A stretch of DNA of 64,000 nt from an uncultured virus (IMG/VR IMGVR_UViG_3300036985_007154) (lineage: Duplodnaviria > Heunggongvirae > Uroviricota > Caudoviricetes). The number at the start of each line of letters is the position of its first letter. Position 1 is the stretch's first letter. The position numbers and the translations under genes are program-made. Positions 25,356-35,041 of the stretch are shown one piece after another. The notes beneath the pieces are model-generated. The model searched no databases and was not told where the DNA came from. It was given only the letters and a program-made list of their open reading frames with translations. The stretch is taken from IMG/VR virus record IMGVR_UViG_3300036985_007154; one strand, written 5' to 3'.

Positions 25356-27209
25356 ATGGCAGAACAAAATATGACGGTTTGGCAAAGACTGTCACAAACA
25401 TTTGGACCTAACTCATTATTAAATCAAGACTATCCGACATTCAAGTTTGATAAAAAGGAACTCCTACGCACAAAAAGTAGAGAGGAATATGAGAAAGAAA
25501 AACTTCAAGCACAACAAACATATTATCTTACCAATCAATGGGCTAAGGTGGAGAATAATCTTTATTCTCAAGCCATATATTATGAGCCTACAAGGTTATC
25601 TTCTCAGTATGACTACGAATCAATGGAATACACTCCTGAGATTTCAGCAGCATTAGACATTTATGCTGAAGAGTCAACTACAACAAATGAGGATGGTTTC
25701 ATACTACAAATTTATTCAGAGTCAAAAAGAATAAAGGGTGTTCTTGCCGATTTATTTAATAATGCATTAGACATCAACACAAACTTGCCAATGTGGACAC
25801 GTAACACATGTAAGTATGGAGACAACTTTGTATATTTGAAGTTAGACCCTGAGAAGGGTATTGTGGGATGTCAACAATTACCAACTATAGAAATCGAAAG
25901 ACATGAGGTTGGTGCAAGTGGTAAAATATCTGTAGATATTACACAAGAGTTGGAAAAGGACAAAAAAGCTCTTCACTTTACTTGGAAGAATAAAAACATG
26001 GAATTCCAATCTTGGGAGATGGCTCACTTCAGACTATTGGGTGATGATCGAAAACTTCCTTATGGAACATCTATGTTAGAAAAGGCAAGACGTATTTGGA
26101 AACAATTACTTCTTTGTGAAGACGCTATGTTGATATATCGAACTTCAAGAGCCCCTGAAAGAAGAATATTCAAAGTTTTTGTTGGTAATATGAACGACGA
26201 TGATGTCGAAGCATATGTACAACGTGTTGCAAACAAATTTAAGAGGGAACAAGTCGTTGATAATAAAACAGGTAATGTAGATATGAGGTTCAATCAAATG
26301 GCGGTTGACCAAGATTATTTTATACCTGTACGTGATCCAGCGGCACCGACACCTATTGATACGTTGCCAGGCGCTACTAACCTATCTGAAATTGCCGACA
26401 TTGAATATATTCAAAAGAAATTACTAACCGCTCTTCGAGTACCAAAAGCATTCTTGGGATTTGAAGAAGTTGTTGGTGACGGTAAAAACTTGGCTCTACA
26501 AGATATTAGATTTGCCCGTACAATTAACAGAATTCAAAAAAGTATGATAGCAGAACTTAACAAGATAGCTATTGTACATTTATTTTTATTAGGGTTTGAG
26601 GATGAATTGTCAAACTTTACTATTGGATTAACAAACCCATCAACTCAAGCTGATTTATTGAAGATTGATGTTTGGAAAGAAAAAGTATTATTATATAAGG
26701 ATTTGGTTTCCGATCCAGGAAATGGTATACAGGCAACTTCATCTACATGGGCTAAGAAGCACATATTTGGATGGTCAGATGATGAAGTTCGTTTAGACCT
26801 ACAACAACAAAGAATTGAAAGAGCCGTTGGTGAAGAACTTAAAGCAACTCCAACTGTGATAACTAAAACAGGTTTGTTTGATAATATTGACAAATTATAT
26901 GGTAGTCAAACAGGTGGAACTCCGACTGCAGGAGCTGCCACTACAATGGATGCGGGAGAGGAATTAGTATCTACACCATCATTCGGTGGAGGTGGTGAAA
27001 TCCCTGGTGGAGAACCTGAAATACCACCAGCTGAAGGTGGAGAAGTATCTCCACCACCGGCAGAAATAACTCCCGAATCAAGACAAAAAGATATGAATAT
27101 TTTAGTGGAAAATAACTTTATTAAAGGGGCTCAAATAATAAATTTAAGCCAAGCACAAGATTCTTTAGGAGAAATTTCAAAAGAATTAGATAAGTTATTA
27201 AATTCATAA
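25356..27209 (+). CDS. portal protein (T4 gp20-like)
   Basis: EDAMLIYRTSRAPERRIF, DYFIP, IDTLPG, ALRVP. Confidence 0.95.
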   Translation: MAEQNMTVWQRLSQTFGPNSLLNQDYPTFKFDKKELLRTKSREEYEKEKLQAQQTYYLTNQWAKVENNLYSQAIYYEPTRLSSQYDYESMEYTPEISAALDIYAEESTTTNEDGFILQIYSESKRIKGVLADLFNNALDINTNLPMWTRNTCKYGDNFVYLKLDPEKGIVGCQQLPTIEIERHEVGASGKISVDITQELEKDKKALHFTWKNKNMEFQSWEMAHFRLLGDDRKLPYGTSMLEKARRIWKQLLLCEDAMLIYRTSRAPERRIFKVFVGNMNDDDVEAYVQRVANKFKREQVVDNKTGNVDMRFNQMAVDQDYFIPVRDPAAPTPIDTLPGATNLSEIADIEYIQKKLLTALRVPKAFLGFEEVVGDGKNLALQDIRFARTINRIQKSMIAELNKIAIVHLFLLGFEDELSNFTIGLTNPSTQADLLKIDVWKEKVLLYKDLVSDPGNGIQATSSTWAKKHIFGWSDDEVRLDLQQQRIERAVGEELKATPTVITKTGLFDNIDKLYGSQTGGTPTAGAATTMDAGEELVSTPSFGGGGEIPGGEPEIPPAEGGEVSPPPAEITPESRQKDMNILVENNFIKGAQIINLSQAQDSLGEISKELDKLLNS

Positions 27210-27230
27210 TATTTATTTGAAAAAGACACA

Positions 27231-27929
27231 ATGACCTTTGGAATAATAAAATCCCTAATAGAAAAAAATCTCTTAGAATCCTACAAAAATGAAATGGAAT
27301 TTAAGAAGACTTTGCGAGAATTCAAACACAACGTTTTGAATAATAAAGATATGTCTAAAGCATATGCAATTTATGACCAACTGAGTTCACCCCAAGGGTT
27401 AACAGAACAGGACGCAAAAGATTTTATTGAAGAGGGGATTTCTTTATTAAACAAAATTTTACCAAGTATTAAACTTCCAATTACTCTATCTGAAAAAACT
27501 GAAAACAAATATTCTGAAATTGATATGTTAGTTTATAGCAAAGGTGTTAATTTAACTGAAAGGTTAAATGCGAAGAAAAGTATTCTAAAGGTAATTTCAT
27601 TAACCAAAGAAGCAATCAAAGAAAATATTAATATTCCGATTAGTTCTATGGTTTCCATAGCAAACCAAACAGTCAATAATTACATACTTAGTTTAGATGA
27701 AAATTCCAAAAAAGAATTTTTTCAAATTGTTTCTGAAGATATCAAAATTTTAGAAACCAAATTTGAGACAATAAAGGAAAGTGCAATATCTAAATTGACT
27801 GAACTTCAAAATAGTGAAGATTCACAGGACATTAAAACAAAAATTTTAGAGACAATTGATAAAGTTAAGTCCGAAAAATTTGACCAATTAAATTTCTTAA
27901 AATTAAAAAATTTGGAAGAATCAATTTGA
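27231..27929 (+). CDS. hypothetical head-module protein
   Basis: ORF downstream of the portal, TATTTATT upstream. Confidence 0.8.
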   Translation: MTFGIIKSLIEKNLLESYKNEMEFKKTLREFKHNVLNNKDMSKAYAIYDQLSSPQGLTEQDAKDFIEEGISLLNKILPSIKLPITLSEKTENKYSEIDMLVYSKGVNLTERLNAKKSILKVISLTKEAIKENINIPISSMVSIANQTVNNYILSLDENSKKEFFQIVSEDIKILETKFETIKESAISKLTELQNSEDSQDIKTKILETIDKVKSEKFDQLNFLKLKNLEESI

Positions 27930-28112
27930 TTTGTCTTTAAGACTTTGAATATATTTCGCGTTCAGAATCTGTGCTCTTCTAAGTACAGATTTTTTTGTAT
28001 ATTCCCGTTTCTCAAATAAAATTTGATTTTGTTTTGTTTTAATTACTTTCGACTTTAGGGTCTTGAGAGCCTTCTCAAGAGGATTACCCTGGGTTATTTT
28101 TATTATTATCAT
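27921..28112 (-). CDS. rpsU: ribosomal protein bS21 (phage-encoded)
   Basis: LEKALKTLKSKV...KREYTKKSVLRR bS21 pattern; TATATTTG element at 28129-28136. Confidence 0.85.
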   Translation of the reverse strand: MIIIKITQGNPLEKALKTLKSKVIKTKQNQILFEKREYTKKSVLRRAQILNAKYIQSLKDKSN

Positions 28113-28205
28113 ATCTTAGAAATATCTACAAATATAAAAAAATTTTGACAATCATACATATTATGTATATAATTTCATTAATAAACATACATAATATCAT
28201 TATTA

Positions 28206-28643
28206 ATGAAAAAAGGAAAAAGTGTCAAACTTAACCTGTTCAATCCCATAAAGTCACAGTATGGGACAGTAGACTCCAAAAACTTAAAATCGGTTTACAT
28301 AAATATTCAGTCGTGGGTTACACCAAAAGAAGAATTAGAAAATTGGAACCGAATTGTCTCAGGTTTAGGAAGAGAAATAAAAAATTCAGTTTTTGAATCA
28401 ATCAATTCAAAAATTTTTCAAGAAAAAAATATTGTTGATTTGGACCTTCGGACAAGTGGGATATCAAAAGGAAAAAAATCATTTTTTAATTTGGAAATCA
28501 ATCTATATACTCACCGAGAAATGGATTTCAAGTGTGATGAAATCAAAGAATCCATAAAAAATATTGTTAAATCAATCTATAAAAATAACGTGATTAAAAA
28601 CAAATACTTTGACTTTTCAATTTCTAAAAAAGACGAAATCTAA
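28206..28643 (+). CDS. hypothetical protein
   Basis: ORF between bS21 and the prohead protease. Confidence 0.8.
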   Translation: MKKGKSVKLNLFNPIKSQYGTVDSKNLKSVYINIQSWVTPKEELENWNRIVSGLGREIKNSVFESINSKIFQEKNIVDLDLRTSGISKGKKSFFNLEINLYTHREMDFKCDEIKESIKNIVKSIYKNNVIKNKYFDFSISKKDEI

Positions 28644-28682
28644 CAAACTATTCAAATCTGTATATTTATCTTAAAAGATTAG

Positions 28683-29399
28683 ATGAAAAAGTTAAGAATT
28701 TTAGAAGCAAGTGAACTTGGACATGGTATTCTCATAGAAATGGATGCGGGTTGGGTCTCACCAAAAGACGTACAGAATATTGACATTCTAAAAGAAGCAT
28801 CCAATTTAGATTATAGAAATCCATTTGAATTTTATGCGGTTCTTCAAAAATATGATACTCCAAATAGAAATGGTAGAACATATCCTGAAAGGATTTTGAA
28901 AAGAGAAGCGGATAGATATAAAGAATCTATTTCTAAGGGTTTGTCAACATCAGAATTAAACCACCCTGAATCATCATTAATAGACTTAGACAGAGTATCT
29001 CACATCATAACAGATATATGGTGGGATAAAAATATACTCATGGGAAAACTCAAATTGTTGACATCTCCAGGGTTCCATGAAAGAGGTATAGTTTCAACTA
29101 AAGGAGACCAAGCAGCTAACTTAATGAGACAAGGAGTAACCTTAGGTATTTCATCAAGAGGTGTTGGGTCATTAAAAAAAGTTGGAGAAAGAAATGAAGT
29201 ACAAGATGACTTTGAATTGATATGTTTTGATTTGGTATCATCACCATCAACTCCAGGAGCATATCTTTTTACGAATCCAGATGAACGAAATAAGTATGAA
29301 GAAAATTTAGAGGAAGAAAGAAAATCTAAACAAAATAATGAATATATAGAAAATTCGGTTGACTTAATGAAAAAATTAGACGACTTTTTAAGAAAATAA
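28683..29399 (+). CDS. prohead core protease (T4 gp21-like)
   Basis: NRNGRTYP, ELNHP, GISSRGVGS, FDLVSSPS. Confidence 0.95.
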   Translation: MKKLRILEASELGHGILIEMDAGWVSPKDVQNIDILKEASNLDYRNPFEFYAVLQKYDTPNRNGRTYPERILKREADRYKESISKGLSTSELNHPESSLIDLDRVSHIITDIWWDKNILMGKLKLLTSPGFHERGIVSTKGDQAANLMRQGVTLGISSRGVGSLKKVGERNEVQDDFELICFDLVSSPSTPGAYLFTNPDERNKYEENLEEERKSKQNNEYIENSVDLMKKLDDFLRK

Positions 29400-29403
29400 A
29401 ATT

Positions 29404-29613
29404 ATGGAAGAAAAATATTTTGTAGCAAAAATTCAGTATGATTTTCCTGATGAAAACACAGGTAAGATTAAAAAAGTCAGAGAAGAGAAACTGGTAAAAG
29501 GTTACTCTGTTACAGACGTGGAGGCAAAAGTAACCAAGAAGTATGAGGGATTTACTAATGATTGGAGAATCACTGCGGTGTCTGAAAGTAAAATCGACGA
29601 GGTGATTGAGTAA
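29404..29613 (+). CDS. small conserved protein (DUF4494-like)
   Basis: GKIKKVREEKLV...SVTDVEAKV...ITAVSESKI. Confidence 0.65.
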   Translation: MEEKYFVAKIQYDFPDENTGKIKKVREEKLVKGYSVTDVEAKVTKKYEGFTNDWRITAVSESKIDEVIE

Positions 29614-29639
29614 TCAAAATTATCAAACTGAAACAAATG

Positions 29640-29664
29640 AAGTGGTCTATTGACCACTTTTTTT
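29640..29664 (+). terminator. intrinsic terminator
   Basis: AAGTGGTC-TATT-GACCACTT plus T-tract. Confidence 0.75.
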
Positions 29665-29738
29665 ATTTTGGGGGTATCGAGAAGTGACTTTTTTTCAATT
29701 TGGCACTATTTATATGGTAAATTAAACAATTTTTTTCT

Positions 29739-31247
29739 ATGAAAGAAAATAAAAACTTAGTACAGGAGGCGTTAATTCAAATGAGAAATGTTGAAGAAGC
29801 AATCGCCCAAAACGCAAAAGGAATACTTGCTTCTACTATGAAGGAAGAAATCAATCAGTTAGTAAAAGAATCTCTATCAGAACAAGACATGGAAGATGAG
29901 ATTGAATTAGATACAGACATCGATATGGATGTACCTGTTGATAATGACGATGATATGGAAATGGACATGGATTTTGACATGGACATGGATATGGATTCAG
30001 AAGAAAGTCCAATAGATTTGACTGACGCGTCTGACGAAGAAATTCTAAAAGTGTTTAAGGCTATGGGTGAAGAAGATGGAATTATCGTTAAAAGAGACGG
30101 TGAGGACATCCACTTAAGCGATACTGACACTGATTCTGAATACTTAGTTAAGCTTGGTGAGTCTGAAGAAGACGAAGAAGAATTAGACGAAACAATGCAC
30201 ATGGATGAAATGGATGACATGGACGACGAAACAACGAATAAAGTAATCGACGCTATTTTCTCAAAAGACGGAGATGTTGAAGATTTTGACACGGACCAAG
30301 AAGAAGTTATGTACGAAATTGAATTCGACGAAGAAGAAGAAGAAGACGAAGAAGAAGAAGAAGACGACGAAGAAGATTTGGACGAATCTTACAACCACAG
30401 AAGATCTGTTAGAGAAGGAAAATCGACAGTAAAACCTAAAGGTGTTGGAATTGGGTCTGGACCAAAATTTACTTACAAAGATAAAGCTAAAGGCGGATTC
30501 GATGATAAGAAGAAAGAAGGGCCAAAATCAGTTGGTACTGGTAAACCAAAATTCGAATACAAGAAAGGTGAAAATATGGAACAAAAATCCAAAGTTGTTA
30601 AGGCAGAAACAAAAGAAGGTCAAGGATACGACGACAAAGAAGATGAAAGATTGGCAATGAAACATGGTAAAATTGCATCAAAAGATCTTAAAACTACTAA
30701 GGCTCGTAGAGATGACGCAGGTTTTGAAAAAAGAGAAACCAAAGAAGCTGCTAGAACTTATGGAATGGGTTCAAAAGAAGGACGAGGACTTAGAAAAAGT
30801 ATTACCAACAACAGAAATTATGTTTACGGTAAAAACGGAGTTAAAACCGAATCCACAGAATCAGAAGTTAATGTGTTGAGAGAAAAGAATGAAGAGTACA
30901 GAAAAGCATTAAATATTTTCAGAGAAAAACTTAATGAAGTTGCTATCTTCAACTCAAACTTGGCATATGCTACAAGATTGTTCACGGAACATTCGACCAC
31001 TAAAAAGGAGAAAATTAATATTCTTAGAAGATTCGATAATGTAGATACTTTGAAAGAATCTAAAAGTCTTTACAGGTCAATTAAAGATGAATTGTCTAAA
31101 ACTGAAAGTACACCAATTAACGAATCAGTAGAAGCTAAATTAAACAAGAGTGTTTCTACAGGTTCATCAACTACCCTAATTGAATCAAAAACTTATGAGA
31201 ATCCTCAGTTCTTAAGAATGAAAGATTTGATGAGTAAACTTGGGTAA
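29739..31247 (+). CDS. prohead core/scaffolding protein (by position)
   Basis: Very acidic, coiled-coil; immediately upstream of the major capsid gene. Confidence 0.7.
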   Translation: MKENKNLVQEALIQMRNVEEAIAQNAKGILASTMKEEINQLVKESLSEQDMEDEIELDTDIDMDVPVDNDDDMEMDMDFDMDMDMDSEESPIDLTDASDEEILKVFKAMGEEDGIIVKRDGEDIHLSDTDTDSEYLVKLGESEEDEEELDETMHMDEMDDMDDETTNKVIDAIFSKDGDVEDFDTDQEEVMYEIEFDEEEEEDEEEEEDDEEDLDESYNHRRSVREGKSTVKPKGVGIGSGPKFTYKDKAKGGFDDKKKEGPKSVGTGKPKFEYKKGENMEQKSKVVKAETKEGQGYDDKEDERLAMKHGKIASKDLKTTKARRDDAGFEKRETKEAARTYGMGSKEGRGLRKSITNNRNYVYGKNGVKTESTESEVNVLREKNEEYRKALNIFREKLNEVAIFNSNLAYATRLFTEHSTTKKEKINILRRFDNVDTLKESKSLYRSIKDELSKTESTPINESVEAKLNKSVSTGSSTTLIESKTYENPQFLRMKDLMSKLG

Positions 31248-31293
31248 TTAAAATTAAATAAACAAATAAAACAAACAAAACAAAATACTAAAA

Positions 31294-33099
31294 ATGGGAG
31301 CATTATTAGAATCAGGTCTTGTAGGTAACATCGGTCTTAAGCACCTTAAAGTTATCAAAGAAGACACAATCAACAAATGGGACAAATTAGGATTCTTAGA
31401 GGGTCTTAAGGGTCACATGAGAGAAAACGTAGCTCAACTTTATGAAAACCAAGCTTCTCACTTAATTAACGAAGCATCATCTACATCTGATACAGGTGCA
31501 TTTGAAACAGTGGTTTTCCCTATCGTTAGAAGAGTTTTCTCTAAATTATTAGCAAACGATATCGTTTCAGTACAAGCAATGAACTTACCAATCGGTAAAT
31601 TATTCTACTTCGTACCTAACATTCAGGCATACACAGACCCTGCAAACTTAGCGACTACTGGTATTCACTACGCACCTTACGGTTCACCAAACCAAGATGC
31701 TGGTCAAACTCCAAACTCTGGATATGATTACAACAACACAAAGGATCTTTATGATAGATTCTATGAAGGTAACGAACCAGCTTTGGACCCACCAGGTTTA
31801 TTTGACTATTCTAAAGGTCAATATTCAGCAATTACTGCTCAAGTTGGTACTGTAGCTTGGTTAGCTGACCAATTAGTTTCTTCCGCTTATACTCTTTCTG
31901 ATTACAGAAAGGTATTAATAGTTTTGTCAGGTTTCGCATCTGACGGAGCAGGTAAATTAATCGGACCTGATGGTCAACCAATGGATAACGAAGCTTTCTT
32001 ATCTGATTTGACTATCTATGGTGTCGCTACAAACACAACAACTGCGGCTAACGTAACTAACCCTTACTTATTCAGAGTTGTAACTCAAAGATATGGTAAA
32101 GGTATTGTACAATATGGTAACAACAATTCAACTTTAGTATTCCCTAACAGTAAAACTGACGGTGGTCAATATGACAACTTATGTGATGCGGAAGGTAAAA
32201 TCTACTTAGAAGTTGATTTACAAGTACCAGTATGTATTACTTGTAATGGTTCAATGGACGGTTACACAGGTTCTACATTCTCTTCAACAACTGCTGCTGA
32301 CAATGCGTTCACAGGTACTTATAGAATCTATAAGAACTTGGAATTCGAAGATAGAATTGGTGAAGTTTCTTTTGACCTTTTATCAGTAACAGTTTCTGTA
32401 ACTGAAAGAAAGTTAAGAGCACAGTGGTCTCCAGAAATGGCACAAGACGTTGCGGCATTCCACAACATCGACGCTGAAGCTGAATTAACAGCTTTATTAT
32501 CTGAGCAAGTTGCGGCAGAAATCGATAGAGAAATCTTGAGAGATTTGAGAAAAGGAGCAGCTTGGAACTTAAGATGGGATTACAACGGTTGGAAGAGATT
32601 AGGATCTTCTGCAGTACCTTATACTCAGAAAGACTGGAACCAAACTCTTATCACTGCAATCAACCAAATTTCAGCACAAATCCACAAATCAACTTTGAGA
32701 GGTGGAGCTAACTGGATCGTTGTATCTTCTGAAATCAGTGCTATCTTTGATGACTTGGAATACTTCCACGTATCAAACGCAGCTCCTGAGCAGGATCAGT
32801 ACAACATGGGTATTGAAAGAGTTGGTACATTAGCAGGTCGTTATCAAGTGTATAGAGACCCTTACTTCCCACCTAACCAAGTGTTAATGGGTCACAAAGG
32901 AACTTCTCTATTGGATACAGGTTACATCTACGCACCGTATGTACCTCTACAATTAACTCCTACGATGTACAATCCGTTCAACTTTACACCAATCAAAGGT
33001 ATCATGACTAGATACGCTAAGAAAATGGTGAACAACAGATTCTACGGTAGAATCACAGTTGATGGAGTAAGAACATTCGACTTGAGAGAATTGAGATAA
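31294..33099 (+). CDS. major capsid protein (T4 gp23-like)
   Basis: DIVSVQAM.LPIGKLF, RKLRAQWSPEMAQD, EIDREIL, YAPYVPL, GIMTRYA. Confidence 0.97.
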   Translation: MGALLESGLVGNIGLKHLKVIKEDTINKWDKLGFLEGLKGHMRENVAQLYENQASHLINEASSTSDTGAFETVVFPIVRRVFSKLLANDIVSVQAMNLPIGKLFYFVPNIQAYTDPANLATTGIHYAPYGSPNQDAGQTPNSGYDYNNTKDLYDRFYEGNEPALDPPGLFDYSKGQYSAITAQVGTVAWLADQLVSSAYTLSDYRKVLIVLSGFASDGAGKLIGPDGQPMDNEAFLSDLTIYGVATNTTTAANVTNPYLFRVVTQRYGKGIVQYGNNNSTLVFPNSKTDGGQYDNLCDAEGKIYLEVDLQVPVCITCNGSMDGYTGSTFSSTTAADNAFTGTYRIYKNLEFEDRIGEVSFDLLSVTVSVTERKLRAQWSPEMAQDVAAFHNIDAEAELTALLSEQVAAEIDREILRDLRKGAAWNLRWDYNGWKRLGSSAVPYTQKDWNQTLITAINQISAQIHKSTLRGGANWIVVSSEISAIFDDLEYFHVSNAAPEQDQYNMGIERVGTLAGRYQVYRDPYFPPNQVLMGHKGTSLLDTGYIYAPYVPLQLTPTMYNPFNFTPIKGIMTRYAKKMVNNRFYGRITVDGVRTFDLRELR

Positions 33100-33117
33100 T
33101 CGAAATTTCAATATGGT

Positions 33118-33148
33118 AAAAAGGGACAAGAAATTGTCCCTTTTTTTT
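33118..33148. terminator. bidirectional intrinsic terminator
   Basis: AAAAAGGGACAA-GAAA-TTGTCCCTTTTTTTT. Confidence 0.85.
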
Positions 33149-33374
33149 ATCTATCAGATTCAGTAAAATGTGAATTCATAATTCTTAATGACTTAGAAAC
33201 AAGTTCAGATTCTTGTAATGTAAATATTCTTGAACTGTGAGAGTATTCTAATGCTTTGATAATCATGTAATATGCCTGTTCCAAGTTCATGTCATCACAC
33301 AGGGTGTTTACATCATTTGGTGTGTAATATGCGATACTATCGAATAGTAGACCTATCGGTTGTTTTTGTTCCAT
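33147..33374 (-). CDS. hypothetical protein (75 aa)
   Basis: ORF. Confidence 0.7.
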   Translation of the reverse strand: MEQKQPIGLLFDSIAYYTPNDVNTLCDDMNLEQAYYMIIKALEYSHSSRIFTLQESELVSKSLRIMNSHFTESDR

Positions 33375-33403
33375 TATTTTGAGTTGACGGTATATTTATT
33401 ATA

Positions 33404-34099
33404 GTGAGAAATATTATAAGAAAAATAATTAAGGAGGTAAGCGGGGCAGGTTTGGCGGGTGCTTATTCAGGACCACTTGTACTCGGGCCACAAACATGGA
33501 AAGATGACCAACTTGGCCCTTTCACAGAGCCAGTCTACAAATATACGAATGCCCAACTTGCCTATCAAGAGGCGGATGAAGATTTTACTGAATCACCTGA
33601 AGAAAGGGAAAAAATTGAAAAACGAACCAAATTAATGAGTAAAATTAATATGCAAAAGAAAAAAACTTACAAAGGTCAAAACGACGAGGAAGGGTCAGCG
33701 ATTAATCCAACTATGAGTGGTGAACCGTTGAAAGAAAAATTAGTAAAAGAAGACTTAGCAGTTTGGTTCGGTACTAAGAAAAAACCTAAAGGTTCAAAAC
33801 AACCTTCAGGACCATGGGTTAATATTTGTAGAAAAAAAGAAGGAGGAGGGCACCCACCATGTGGCAGACCTGAGGCTGATAGTAAGGGATATCCTAAATG
33901 TCGTGCTAAAGGAGTTGCTGCAAACATGACCGACGCTCAAAAGAAATCAGCCTGTTCTCAGAAAAGAAGCGCAGAAAAATCAGACCCTAAAGTTGGCACT
34001 GGTAATAAACCAACTATGACATCTTATAAACCAAAAAAATCCCAAAATGAATCATTAAGGGATTTAATTACTAAAATTTTGAAAGAAAGTATTAGATAA
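33404..34099 (+). CDS. hypothetical protein with a basic Cys-containing C-terminal domain
   Basis: GTG start 3 nt after TATTTATT; WVNIC..PCGR..YPKC. Confidence 0.75.
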   Translation: MRNIIRKIIKEVSGAGLAGAYSGPLVLGPQTWKDDQLGPFTEPVYKYTNAQLAYQEADEDFTESPEEREKIEKRTKLMSKINMQKKKTYKGQNDEEGSAINPTMSGEPLKEKLVKEDLAVWFGTKKKPKGSKQPSGPWVNICRKKEGGGHPPCGRPEADSKGYPKCRAKGVAANMTDAQKKSACSQKRSAEKSDPKVGTGNKPTMTSYKPKKSQNESLRDLITKILKESIR

Positions 34100-34487
34100 G
34101 TTTCTCTAAAATTTTTTTCAGTGAGTGTTGTACTTGGCTATGCATTTCTTTTTCAAATTTCATTCTCGATTCTTCCACTTTGTTATCGAACAACCTTCCA
34201 AGTTTTTGTCCCATTTGTAATGAAATTGTGATATCATAATTGTAAATGTGGTTAGTAATGTTTATTCTATCTTCTTGAATTATCACAAACATTTCTAAAG
34301 TTTCATTCTTGATGTATCTTTTTTGAGATAGAGGAGCAATCAAAAATTTGGAACCCTCATGATTTATCAATTGACGACAAATTGAACCACCAGTTTTCTC
34401 ATTATCATCAAAATTAACTTTTGGTTGAATTTTTCGATTTATCCTTATAAAAAATTTTAACCATAACTTCCTGAAGAATTTTTTCAT
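34092..34487 (-). CDS. hypothetical protein
   Basis: ORF with TATCTTTG element upstream (34515-34522). Confidence 0.7.
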   Translation of the reverse strand: MKKFFRKLWLKFFIRINRKIQPKVNFDDNEKTGGSICRQLINHEGSKFLIAPLSQKRYIKNETLEMFVIIQEDRINITNHIYNYDITISLQMGQKLGRLFDNKVEESRMKFEKEMHSQVQHSLKKILEKLI

Positions 34488-34573
34488 GTCTTTTTGTGAG
34501 ATATAATAACTAGTCAAAGATATGAAAATTTTTGGGGAAAAAAAAGAAGAACCTCAGATTCTCCTTTTTATTT

Positions 34574-35041
34574 TTAACAATATGCCCCTGAGCAATGTTT
34601 TTTACCGTCTAAACCCGGCATACTACCTTTACAAACTTGGACTGCGTATCCATTGGCGTATGCTGAAGGATAAACCTTAAACTTTGATTTTGCGGCGGTT
34701 TTACCTCTAGCACAAAGTTTAGTTCCTGTTTTCTTTCTACCTTCATCCATTTGTTCATAATCAACATATTGGTCCATTTTGTTTTTTTCATTCATTATGA
34801 AATCAAAAACTTGGTCCATGTTTGTTTTTGCCTCTGAAACGTGGTCATCAGCCCAATCATGTCCATCTTGTAGAATTTGGTCAATCATTTCTTCATCCAT
34901 TTCTAATAACATCTGACATTGTCTTGCAATTTGTTTCAGATTACCGAAGAACATATAATTCTCTGTTTTTTCTTGCTCACTCAAAACTCGTTTGACTAAG
35001 TGTGTTAAATCTTTTTCTGTTATTTTTACTACTTTGTTCAT
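34574..35041 (-). CDS. hypothetical protein, probably virion-internal
   Basis: ORF; KLCARGK..YPSAYANG motif. Confidence 0.75.
   Translation of the reverse strand: MNKVVKITEKDLTHLVKRVLSEQEKTENYMFFGNLKQIARQCQMLLEMDEEMIDQILQDGHDWADDHVSEAKTNMDQVFDFIMNEKNKMDQYVDYEQMDEGRKKTGTKLCARGKTAAKSKFKVYPSAYANGYAVQVCKGSMPGLDGKKHCSGAYC

Noticed and set aside
30328..30375. GAA/GAC trinucleotide tract as a contingency locus
   Set aside because: Simply encodes the acidic stretch of the scaffold protein and stays in frame
23558..33099. Introns or inteins in terminase, portal or capsid genes
   Set aside because: ORFs are continuous and no intein motifs were recognised; the extra length looks like ordinary insertion loops
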